Shown: in pieces, positions 9,890 to 18,169 of the stretch
Layout: every line of letters starts with the position of its first letter
Numbering within the stretch: the stretch's first letter is position 1
NCBI GenBank assembly: GCA_013343275.1
Contig: CP046106.1
Span: 224,001-288,000, forward strand
Direction: 5' to 3'
Length of the DNA: 64,000 nt
DNA from: Candidatus Nanohaloarchaea archaeon
GTDB lineage: Archaea > Nanohalarchaeota > Nanosalinia > Nanosalinales > Nanosalinaceae
Translations under genes and position numbers: made by a program
Notes under the pieces: generated by a model
Seen by the model: only the letters and a program-made list of their open reading frames with translations
Database searches by the model: none
What the model was told of the DNA's origin: nothing

Positions 9890-12800
9890 ATGAGTATTAG
9901 AAAAGCTCTAGCCATAGCTTTACTTCTCTCAGTACTGGCTGGAACTATCTCTGCCTACCAGTTTACAGGGGGTTCTGAAGACACAGGCACCGGGCCTCCT
10001 GAGCGACCTCCTCAACCATCTGCATGCTTGGATAGTAGCGATAATGATGGTGATGGCTTGGTGGATGGAAAAGATTCGGACAGCGATAATGATGGAACTC
10101 CTAACTGGCAAGAGGTAAATGCTGATGGCCCTGATCCTGGCTGCTCGAAACCATATGATTACGATGACAGCGAGGCAAATATGTACGATCTCGATGCATC
10201 TTGGATCTTCGGCACGAGATTCTCGGCCCCTACTCCGCAAGATTCATCTGTATTCTATGGTTCGGAACTCATAACAAATGGATCATCTACTACTGTCCAT
10301 CCAGATACTGTATCTACTTCTAACTCTATAATTGAGTATTATGTTGAAGGATCCTCTGATAACTGGGGTGGAGGCGACAAAAAGTCGGTTGAGATCTCTA
10401 ACTCTGAGAACAGGCCACAGGGCACAATGACTGGCACAACAACTACCGGTGTTGAAGGATCTGCTGAACTAATAGATGCACCTTATAATTCTAGTAGCGA
10501 TGGCCAGTGTGGGGATGGTATAGAGAACTCAGATGAGAACAACCTTGACTGTCCGGAGGATTATGGCCTTCCGGATGATGCAGGCACCACAAAAAGTACT
10601 TCATCTGAAACTCTTTCCGACAGGTTTAATGCCAAAGTCAGTCAGTGGAATGTGAACAATGCTAACGGTGTCTCTGTAGGCGATCCCAACAATCAGGCTA
10701 ACAACGGCGAGTATCTGACTTCAAAGAATAATAATGATGATCTGGCTGATAATATCGAGTACAGGTTCAGTAACTCTGGTCAAGGCCTTGTAGCTCCTGA
10801 AGCGGAAGGCCAGAAAACTGATGATATAAGCGGATCCTTCCCTTACACCAGCGACCTGCAGAGTGGAACGCAGGCTAACGCTGGAGAGACTACTGATCAG
10901 GTTGTTCAGGATCAACAGTGGACTGATGTTCCCGACTACTATCTGAAGGATGCTGATGGAGATGGTGCTCCGGACGAGCTCTGGATGGTTTACCCTGAGA
11001 AAGTTGGAGAAACAAAGATGGGATCGGTAACTGACTATGACCTTACCGGTGATAAAAATGTTGAGACATGGGAGGTCACCGGTAGCGAGGGTACCTGCTC
11101 TGGGGCTAATTGCTCTACTTCCGGCAGTGTCTGTAGCAGTGTTGATCAGGGTACAGATACAAAATATACTCTTGAAAGTGAGACCACGACTACTGTCTCC
11201 GATAGTGGTAATGAACAGTACTACGCTGATAGCAGCGGGAGCTACCAGCACAGTAAAGAAAATACCAATCTCAATCAGGTTTCAGTTGAAGTAACACATC
11301 ATCCTGGCTACAATACAGAGACTGTTGATGATGACGGCTGTGGAGGGTATACTACTACTGGTTCCTGTACCTCAAGCCAGGGGTGTAGCTCAGGTTCAAC
11401 TCCTGTCGCCAGCGAAGTTTCCGACCAGGATATTGCTACAGGCCAGACCAGTAACACGATTACTTACAGGTACGAAGATATCGAACTTCATACAGCAAAA
11501 GTCTTTGATTTGAATCCGGCGGAAAATCCTTCTTACTCGCCGGCATTTCCTACAAATGCTCTTTTCGAGGGAGATACTTTCAAGTACGGAACTGAGGCAT
11601 ATTCTCGTTCCAATATCAAGTACAATGCGTTTAACGGGGATGCCTACTTTGCTTATACTGTAGATAAAGATAGTAAGACTCTGGGCAATGATGAGGCCTT
11701 GACTTCCAGCAGTTACCATATCCAGGTTGATGGGACGGCATTTGAGTCCGTAAGAGATTATGAGAAGACCTGGGATGTAGATGGGCCTGAAGGCCAGTCA
11801 GACGGGTATATTGCGGTGCTTCACCGTAAGGGTTACCTTGGTTCGGGACAGGTTGAGCTACAGGGTAAGAGCAACAGGTTGATGGCGACGGAGATTACTG
11901 ATGGGAACTCTGCAGTAGATATTGTTCAGCCATCAGATGCTCTAGGAGAGGTAGGTCTTGCCGGCGGTTGTAATGATCCTTTCACTCACTGTATTGCGGC
12001 TGTAGATGTAATGTTCCGTAACATTAACAACTGGCGTAATCCGAAAGATCCTTCTGTCCAGACTGGTAGTGAGGCCTATCCTACAGCTGTGACTTACAGG
12101 CATGATATAGAGAATACTAATCGCTCTCTCGGAGTTTGTAAGATGTATCAGGAGCTCGACCCTGATGCAGCGATTGGTTCTAACTACGGTTCAAATACTG
12201 ATAGCCCCACCCAGAGTTCTGATAAAAGGTGTGCCGGCGATACGGCCACTGAGTTCTGGGTTACTATGGAAGGCCCAGAGATTGATGAAAGCGCTATCTC
12301 TACCCACCACCTTGAAGGAACCGCGGACAGAATTACTGACTGTCTATGGTATGGTGTAGATGTTCCGGAGGGAACAGTCAGGACATCAGGAACTCAGGAG
12401 TACTCTCAGTATGAACTGGGAGGTTACTCTCCTGACGGTGAGGTGTGCTTAGCTATAGATAGCAGCGGAGAGTCATTTACTCAGAATGGAAAGACCTACG
12501 AGGAAACTCTCCCTTCCAATGATCCTGGAGATGACGTCCCTTATGATAACTACGACTACGACGATGATGGAACTGTTGAAGAGGTAGGCGGAGAATGGTA
12601 TGATCTAGATAATAAGAGGATAAACCAGTACCTCAGAAACAACGGGAATATACTGGTAACAAATGGAGATCCAGATAACGCATCGCAGATAGCCTATTAC
12701 TGGCGTCAAAATGAGAACCCGTCACATCCCGACTTCAATCCGAAAGGCCTTGGATCAGGGGATAATATCGGCGTAACGCTCGAAGACGACTGCGGCCCTC

Positions 12801-12892
12801 TGCTTATCGGCTGCGATGAGTCAAAATCAAAGACTGAAGGGAAGGAGCCTGTGTTCTTCAGCTTCTTCTGGCAGCTGGTGGGCTTCCAGTGA
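9890..12892 (+). CDS. Large secreted acidic Cys-rich surface protein with DxDxDG Ca-binding-type motifs
   Basis: Signal peptide from MSIRKALAIALLL; DNDGDGLVD, DSDNDGTP, DADGDGAPD motifs; about 1000 aa. Confidence 0.75.
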   Translation: MSIRKALAIALLLSVLAGTISAYQFTGGSEDTGTGPPERPPQPSACLDSSDNDGDGLVDGKDSDSDNDGTPNWQEVNADGPDPGCSKPYDYDDSEANMYDLDASWIFGTRFSAPTPQDSSVFYGSELITNGSSTTVHPDTVSTSNSIIEYYVEGSSDNWGGGDKKSVEISNSENRPQGTMTGTTTTGVEGSAELIDAPYNSSSDGQCGDGIENSDENNLDCPEDYGLPDDAGTTKSTSSETLSDRFNAKVSQWNVNNANGVSVGDPNNQANNGEYLTSKNNNDDLADNIEYRFSNSGQGLVAPEAEGQKTDDISGSFPYTSDLQSGTQANAGETTDQVVQDQQWTDVPDYYLKDADGDGAPDELWMVYPEKVGETKMGSVTDYDLTGDKNVETWEVTGSEGTCSGANCSTSGSVCSSVDQGTDTKYTLESETTTTVSDSGNEQYYADSSGSYQHSKENTNLNQVSVEVTHHPGYNTETVDDDGCGGYTTTGSCTSSQGCSSGSTPVASEVSDQDIATGQTSNTITYRYEDIELHTAKVFDLNPAENPSYSPAFPTNALFEGDTFKYGTEAYSRSNIKYNAFNGDAYFAYTVDKDSKTLGNDEALTSSSYHIQVDGTAFESVRDYEKTWDVDGPEGQSDGYIAVLHRKGYLGSGQVELQGKSNRLMATEITDGNSAVDIVQPSDALGEVGLAGGCNDPFTHCIAAVDVMFRNINNWRNPKDPSVQTGSEAYPTAVTYRHDIENTNRSLGVCKMYQELDPDAAIGSNYGSNTDSPTQSSDKRCAGDTATEFWVTMEGPEIDESAISTHHLEGTADRITDCLWYGVDVPEGTVRTSGTQEYSQYELGGYSPDGEVCLAIDSSGESFTQNGKTYEETLPSNDPGDDVPYDNYDYDDDGTVEEVGGEWYDLDNKRINQYLRNNGNILVTNGDPDNASQIAYYWRQNENPSHPDFNPKGLGSGDNIGVTLEDDCGPLLIGCDESKSKTEGKEPVFFSFFWQLVGFQ

Positions 12893-15810
12893 GAAAAGCA
12901 GTTCTTGTAGCTTCCCTACTGCTTTCCCTGTTCGTAGCTCCTGCTTCAGGTCAGATGTATATGGAGGACATGTCAGGAACGCAGAGCGACTGGAGTTGCT
13001 ATACTACAGGAAGATCGCTGGATAAATGTACTACAGATGCTACCGGAAGTTACTCCACTCCAGAACAGTCGGCAAAGGCCACGGGGAGATACGAGATCTG
13101 TGGTAAAGGAGGCATAACGAAATCTTTCAATTTCTCTCGGCAGCCAAAGTATCTGAGCTTTGACTACAGAATAAGTCTAGACAGCTGGGGCAAGGGAACT
13201 ATATACATCAACGACTCCTCCGGAGTCACAGAGCTTATTGACAAGAAAAGAACAGGTTCAACCTATGATTCTGGCTGGAGAAGCGAAACATTTGTAGTCA
13301 GCTCACAGGACAAAGACTTCTCTCTCACCGCAGGAAGTATAAGCAGCTCCAGCTTCTGCGACAGCAAGCCGGAAGATAGATCATGGAAAGTATGGGTAGA
13401 CGATATCAAGGTAACATCCAGCGCAGACAAACCAAATGAACCTTCCTTCCGACAGCCAGAGGATGGAGCAACGGCAACACGCACAACAGTAGAACTCTCA
13501 ACAAGGATAACAGATCCTAACGACGACACTATGAACGTAAGTTTCCACAGAGCCGATGGCACACTGATAGAGAACGAAACGGCTCCCAGTGGAGCAACAG
13601 TCTCAGTATACTGGGGAGGTCTAAGTGATGGAGGGAGTTACAGTTGGTACATCAAAGCCTGTGATGGAACCGGCCAGTGCAGAATTACCGATACCTGGAG
13701 TTTTACTGTAGATAAGGCTGCAGAGAAAACATATACTGGAGGAGGCCTGATGGATGAAGACTATACAAAGATCGGTGAGAACAGGAGCGTAGGAAACTAC
13801 TACTTTGAGGGCTATGTTAACAAGCTGGAGGAGGCTACCAACCAGCTGGAGGATGGAATGGATACAAGTTACTACAGTCCAAGCGATTACGGTATCTGGT
13901 CGGACTCCGATGGCTCTCAGGGGAGTGCAGATCAATGGGCCATCACAAAGTACCAGAACTGGTCGATATCGAACAGAGGGATTCCATATCCTCCAGGCCC
14001 AACAGTAATCTCTCCGCAGATAAGACAGGGGGGTCTTTACCATCCAAGCTACAGCAGCGAGGGAGGAACATATTATCACAAGACCTACGGCGGGCCATAT
14101 CGAAGCGTTCCTACTAATCTAGGCGCCTTCACCTCTCCAAGTGTTTCCAAGAAGGACAAGGTAATGGGCAACTCGTTCGCTGCTGTAGCTGCACAGAACT
14201 TTACAGGTGCTTTCGGGCCTGTTCGAGAAGGTGATGGAGTATGGGTAGATCCTGATGATATACGGTCAATGAATGAATTATTGGAGGGGCCTTGGCTACA
14301 GAAACTTGTATACAATACTGACCTTACCGGTCCTGACATGGGTCTCGGCTTCAATCTTGGAGATAACCGAGGAATAAGCTATCGTTCAGGATTTGGCTCT
14401 CCAAGATCCTACGTTATGTACGGTAATGTCTACTTTGAAGGAGAAGCGGATAAAGTTGATAATGACGGAGATGGAGTTGTAGACGAGGAATGGAACAGCA
14501 ATGGAACAGTCGGTGAATCCAAGCCTTATATAGAGGCCCCGATGTGTGGTGATGATCAATACGAATACCTGCTTGAAGAGCTAGGAGAGTCAAAGAGATC
14601 GGTAGCAGGAGATGGAAAGTATGCCTGTACTGATTCACAGAACGTCTGTATAGATATGAGTGCGGAAGGAAGTAAGGTATTCGGCCTAGGAGTTTACCGG
14701 CAGACAGATGAGCCTGATGAAGCCTTCGGGAGATCCAAGCTTGATAAGGAGGCCTGTGCAGTGATAGGCACCGATACAGTTGCTAAGTGGTATGATCAGG
14801 ACTTCAAACAGAGGCTGTGCCGCGACAACACTCTCTACGGTAATAGCGGCGTAAGATGGTTCTCGGAAAGTGAGATCGCACAGCACCCAGCAGCGTTCAA
14901 AGGAGGAATAGACGACGACTTCAACGAATTTATAGAGGAAAACAGGGCGCTGGAAGGAACAACCTCGCAAAACCTCCAGTCAGATCCTACAAGAACCTAC
15001 ACATCTTCCAGCAGCCTGGGCCAGTACAGTCCCGTACCGACAGGTAATGCGGATCAGAGAAACGGTGTCTCAAATACTACAATAGCAACACCTGGCTTCT
15101 GTGGTGGAGATGACTCATCAGAATACCTGGTAACGCAGGAAGGCGTAACGAGTCTCATTCAGACCAACAACTCCATCATAGGAGTTGCTTCACAGCCGGG
15201 CGCATGTATACTTGATGGAGCCAAGTATCCTGAAGTTTCCAGCGACAAAAGGGAGCTTTACAGTCCTGGAGCGCAGATAGAGTTCGATCTCGGAAGCGAT
15301 ACCAAGATGATATCATGTTACGGCGGAGCCTGGTACCAGAAATGGCCTGTAGTATTCAGAAAAGATACTGTAGATGTGCCTCTAGGAACCTCTCGACTAG
15401 CACAGTTCAAGGTAATCAACGTGGAGACAGAGGCAAAAACCTTCAATATCGAGCTTAAGGACGACAGCTCCAGTAACTGGAACAACGCATGGTCATACCT
15501 ATCCCAGGAAGATGCCACAAGATCCGATACAGTAACAGCGACTATAGGCGCTCAGTCATCCAGGACATACACAGTTAAACTCTACGGAGGGAACTCAAAC
15601 GTAGACAACGCACAGATCACGGTAAGAGCTGCCTCAGCAGATGGCACAATATCCGGTGACGACAGCATCCGAATTGATGTAACAAAGGCCCCTAACTCCA
15701 CGCAGACCGGAGCGACTTCCAGCAACGCAGTACCCGGAATAGGCCTACCACAGATAGTAGTGCTGCTTATGCTATCCTCAACAATGTTCCTCTACTGGAA
15801 CAAACCGTAA
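12889..15810 (+). CDS. Large secreted surface protein with Ig/FN3-like domain and C-terminal PGF-CTERM-like anchor
   Basis: Signal peptide; GTGA overlap with upstream gene; CGDD..EYL repeats; C-terminal VPGIG followed by a TM helix. Confidence 0.75.
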   Translation: MRKAVLVASLLLSLFVAPASGQMYMEDMSGTQSDWSCYTTGRSLDKCTTDATGSYSTPEQSAKATGRYEICGKGGITKSFNFSRQPKYLSFDYRISLDSWGKGTIYINDSSGVTELIDKKRTGSTYDSGWRSETFVVSSQDKDFSLTAGSISSSSFCDSKPEDRSWKVWVDDIKVTSSADKPNEPSFRQPEDGATATRTTVELSTRITDPNDDTMNVSFHRADGTLIENETAPSGATVSVYWGGLSDGGSYSWYIKACDGTGQCRITDTWSFTVDKAAEKTYTGGGLMDEDYTKIGENRSVGNYYFEGYVNKLEEATNQLEDGMDTSYYSPSDYGIWSDSDGSQGSADQWAITKYQNWSISNRGIPYPPGPTVISPQIRQGGLYHPSYSSEGGTYYHKTYGGPYRSVPTNLGAFTSPSVSKKDKVMGNSFAAVAAQNFTGAFGPVREGDGVWVDPDDIRSMNELLEGPWLQKLVYNTDLTGPDMGLGFNLGDNRGISYRSGFGSPRSYVMYGNVYFEGEADKVDNDGDGVVDEEWNSNGTVGESKPYIEAPMCGDDQYEYLLEELGESKRSVAGDGKYACTDSQNVCIDMSAEGSKVFGLGVYRQTDEPDEAFGRSKLDKEACAVIGTDTVAKWYDQDFKQRLCRDNTLYGNSGVRWFSESEIAQHPAAFKGGIDDDFNEFIEENRALEGTTSQNLQSDPTRTYTSSSSLGQYSPVPTGNADQRNGVSNTTIATPGFCGGDDSSEYLVTQEGVTSLIQTNNSIIGVASQPGACILDGAKYPEVSSDKRELYSPGAQIEFDLGSDTKMISCYGGAWYQKWPVVFRKDTVDVPLGTSRLAQFKVINVETEAKTFNIELKDDSSSNWNNAWSYLSQEDATRSDTVTATIGAQSSRTYTVKLYGGNSNVDNAQITVRAASADGTISGDDSIRIDVTKAPNSTQTGATSSNAVPGIGLPQIVVLLMLSSTMFLYWNKP

Positions 15811-15842
15811 ACTATTTCAAAATTCTCTTTCTCTTTTACTGT

Positions 15843-15896
15843 ATGAACGGTGGCTACGTTCCGCAGCTTCCTCAACAAAGCTGCATTGCAGGATAA
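15843..15896 (+). CDS. uORF1, putative leader peptide MNGGYVPQLPQQSCIAG
   Basis: Hand translation ATG AAC GGT GGC TAC GTT CCG...GGA TAA; shares GGYVP with uORF2; 2 Pro codons. Confidence 0.6.
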   Translation: MNGGYVPQLPQQSCIAG

Positions 15897-15951
15897 ACAG
15901 TATTCTCAACATTTCCTTAGCCACTGCTCTACCCATTCTAACGTGATTTCT

Positions 15952-16017
15952 ATGACACAATCAACCAAAGGTGGATATGTTCCACACGACTGGTTACGCT
16001 CAGTCGACACGCAATAA
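15952..16017 (+). CDS. uORF2, putative leader peptide MTQSTKGGYVPHDWLRSVDTQ
   Basis: GGT GGA TAT GTT CCA; differs from the uORF1 motif only at three synonymous third positions. Confidence 0.62.
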   Translation: MTQSTKGGYVPHDWLRSVDTQ

Positions 16018-16037
16018 TGCGTTCAGAAGAACGCATT
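16016..16037 (+). promoter_or_regulatory. Perfect 9-bp RNA hairpin covering the uORF2 stop/uORF3 start
   Basis: AATGCGTTC-AGAA-GAACGCATT. Confidence 0.6.
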
Positions 16038-16097
16038 CAAACACAACTCAAAACCTTTCAACAGAAAAATTCTCAGGCCGGTCGCTATGAAACGTAG
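16017..16097 (+). CDS. uORF3 (MRSEERIQTQLKTFQQKNSQAGRYET), overlapping the ProRS2 start out of frame
   Basis: TAATG coupling with uORF2; stop TAG at 16095-16097 lies inside the ProRS2 ORF. Confidence 0.4.
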   Translation: MRSEERIQTQLKTFQQKNSQAGRYET

Positions 16098-17313
16098 CGA
16101 ACTATTTGCCACAACCTCCAAGGAATCGGAGGCTGAGTTCGACTGCCGCAGTGCAGAACTTGCCGTAAAGGCCGGGCTGGTCCACAACTATGGTTCCGGA
16201 ACTTTCGGATTCACACACCTGGGCCGGAAAGTACTGGACAATATAGAAGAAGTAATCAGGGATGAGATGGACGAGATAGGCCAGGAAGTGACGATGAACA
16301 TCCTGCAGAACTCGGAGATGTGGGAGAAGTCCGGGAGGTGGAAGAACTTTGAGGGAGACGAGTTCTTCACACTGAAGAACCGTGACAACAGAGATTTCAC
16401 GATCGCGGCGACGCATGAAGAAGCCTCTGTCGAACTTGTCCGGAAGAAGATTCGATCCTACAGAGACCTGGACTTCATCATCTACCAGATAGGTCGAAAG
16501 TTCAGAGACGACAGAGCCAGGAAAGGCCTTCTGCGTGGGAAAGAGTTCTTCATGAAGGATGCCTACAGCTTCCACGCCGACAGAGAGCAACTTCAGGAAA
16601 CCTACCATGAAATGATTGAGGCCTACACCACGATCTTCGAGAAACTAGGCCTTGAATTTTCCAGAGTCTCCGCTGAAAACGGTTCAATGGGAGGCAGTCA
16701 GAGCCATGAGTTCATGGCTGAATCAGAGATCGGTAGCGACACATACCTCAAATGCGTGGATTCGGAGTGCAGATACGGCGCCAAAGATCTGGGTGAAGAG
16801 AAATGCCGTGAATGTGGCTCTGAACTTCAGGATGTCAGCGGCATCGAGATAGGCCATCTGTTCAAGCTTGGCAAAAGATACAGCTCCAAAATGGATCTGA
16901 CATTTACCGATGAAGATGGAGAGGAGAAAGATGTCATCATGGCCTCCTACGGAATCGGTGTATCAAGGCTGATCGCAGCAATAATCGAGCAGAACAACGA
17001 TGAAAACGGCATCACCTGGAACAGTAAGGTGTCTGCCTTTGACTGCTCGATCATCATTGCAAGACATGAAGATGCGGCAGTTGAAAAGGCGGAAGAGCTG
17101 CACGATAAACTTTCCGAAAGAGGCCTTGAAGTCCTGCTCTTCGATGAAGGATCTGTCGGTGAGAAGTTCGCTGAGTCCGATCTAATGGGGATCAAACGGA
17201 AGGTCATATTGGGGAATAACTACCTGGAGAACGATGTGATTGAGGTAGAGAAGAGGGATGGACGAACCTTCCAGGCCGACTTTGAGGAGATTAAGGAGGT
17301 GGTATCCTCCTGA
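16087..17313 (+). CDS. proS: Bacterial-type prolyl-tRNA synthetase paralog (short form without full INS domain), contains no proline
   Basis: ATHEE, YQIGRKFRD..R.GLLRGKEFFMKDAYSFH (motif 2), GIEIGHLFKLG, MASYGIGVSR (motif 3), anticodon-binding domain. Confidence 0.9.
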   Translation: MKRSELFATTSKESEAEFDCRSAELAVKAGLVHNYGSGTFGFTHLGRKVLDNIEEVIRDEMDEIGQEVTMNILQNSEMWEKSGRWKNFEGDEFFTLKNRDNRDFTIAATHEEASVELVRKKIRSYRDLDFIIYQIGRKFRDDRARKGLLRGKEFFMKDAYSFHADREQLQETYHEMIEAYTTIFEKLGLEFSRVSAENGSMGGSQSHEFMAESEIGSDTYLKCVDSECRYGAKDLGEEKCRECGSELQDVSGIEIGHLFKLGKRYSSKMDLTFTDEDGEEKDVIMASYGIGVSRLIAAIIEQNNDENGITWNSKVSAFDCSIIIARHEDAAVEKAEELHDKLSERGLEVLLFDEGSVGEKFAESDLMGIKRKVILGNNYLENDVIEVEKRDGRTFQADFEEIKEVVSS

Positions 17314-17316
17314 AAT

Positions 17317-18051
17317 TTATTCAATTTCTATATGCCTGGTATGGTTACATTCCTCGCATTGGACCTCTATTTTACCGTACCTAGTTTTAGATCCGATCGT
17401 GGTCAGACCTGAGTATTTGAACTTGCTGTTGTGCCTGTCGTTTTTGAAGTACCACTCGTTTCCACAGGCCGGGCAGTTCATCTCGACTTCTGTCGCCCTT
17501 CTCTCCGTTCTTTCCTTGTGCCTTTTCTTTTCCTCTTTTTTCTTCTCCTTTCTTTTCTTTTCCTTGAACTCTTCGGTTTTGTTTATGGATTCGCCTTTAC
17601 TGAAGCTGGAGGGATACTTTTTCTGGGCTTTTTTACTGTGTTTTCTCCCGTTTCCATAGACTAGGAAACCTAAGAGTCCACTTGCTCCTGCTATAGGTAT
17701 CCAGAGTATCCACATCAGGATAGGGTGAAGGCCGCTTAACGCGAATCCTGAAAGTACAGGTCCTCCGATACCGATTCCGGCTGCCTGTTTCTTTCTTTTC
17801 TCGCCGTGTTCTCTTTTCTCCTTTCCAGGATCCGAACCGCATTCAGGACATTCATTCAGGTCTGCATCAATAATTTCGCCACATTCCTCACATGCTGCTT
17901 TCCTTACTGTCCCGCATGAACTGCATTTTCTATCTCCATCATCGAACCGTTCGCTGCATTCCGGGCAGAAAAGCCGTTTCTGACCGCAGAAAGAACAGAA
18001 CCATTCATCGTCTCCTATCTCTTCATCGCAGTTACTTGATCCATAACACAT
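17317..18051 (-). CDS. Zinc-ribbon (double zinc ribbon-like) membrane protein
   Basis: Multiple CxxC pairs at the N-terminus, two TM helices, Lys/Glu-rich coil, C-terminal CPAC...CEEC. Confidence 0.7.
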   Translation of the reverse strand: MCYGSSNCDEEIGDDEWFCSFCGQKRLFCPECSERFDDGDRKCSSCGTVRKAACEECGEIIDADLNECPECGSDPGKEKREHGEKRKKQAAGIGIGGPVLSGFALSGLHPILMWILWIPIAGASGLLGFLVYGNGRKHSKKAQKKYPSSFSKGESINKTEEFKEKKRKEKKKEEKKRHKERTERRATEVEMNCPACGNEWYFKNDRHNSKFKYSGLTTIGSKTRYGKIEVQCEECNHTRHIEIE

Positions 18052-18169
18052 ATTCAGGTTAATTTTTCCTCAGCCTTATGTAGTTTTTTCAATCTAGCTG
18101 GATTTTTCAGGGAAAAAGTAACTTCCAGGCAGGCAAGAAAATTAAGAATTACTCCTCAGAACTTATTGT

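Noticed and set aside
15960-15990. AAAGGTGGA upstream of an aaRS resembling a T-box antiterminator
   Set aside because: Lacks the UGGNACC consensus and a recognisable stem I/terminator; variation between the two copies is synonymous, favouring a peptide motif
16087-17313. ProRS2 as a decaying pseudogene
   Set aside because: ORF is uninterrupted and catalytic motifs are intact; substitutions at conserved sites specifically remove Pro, which random decay would not do
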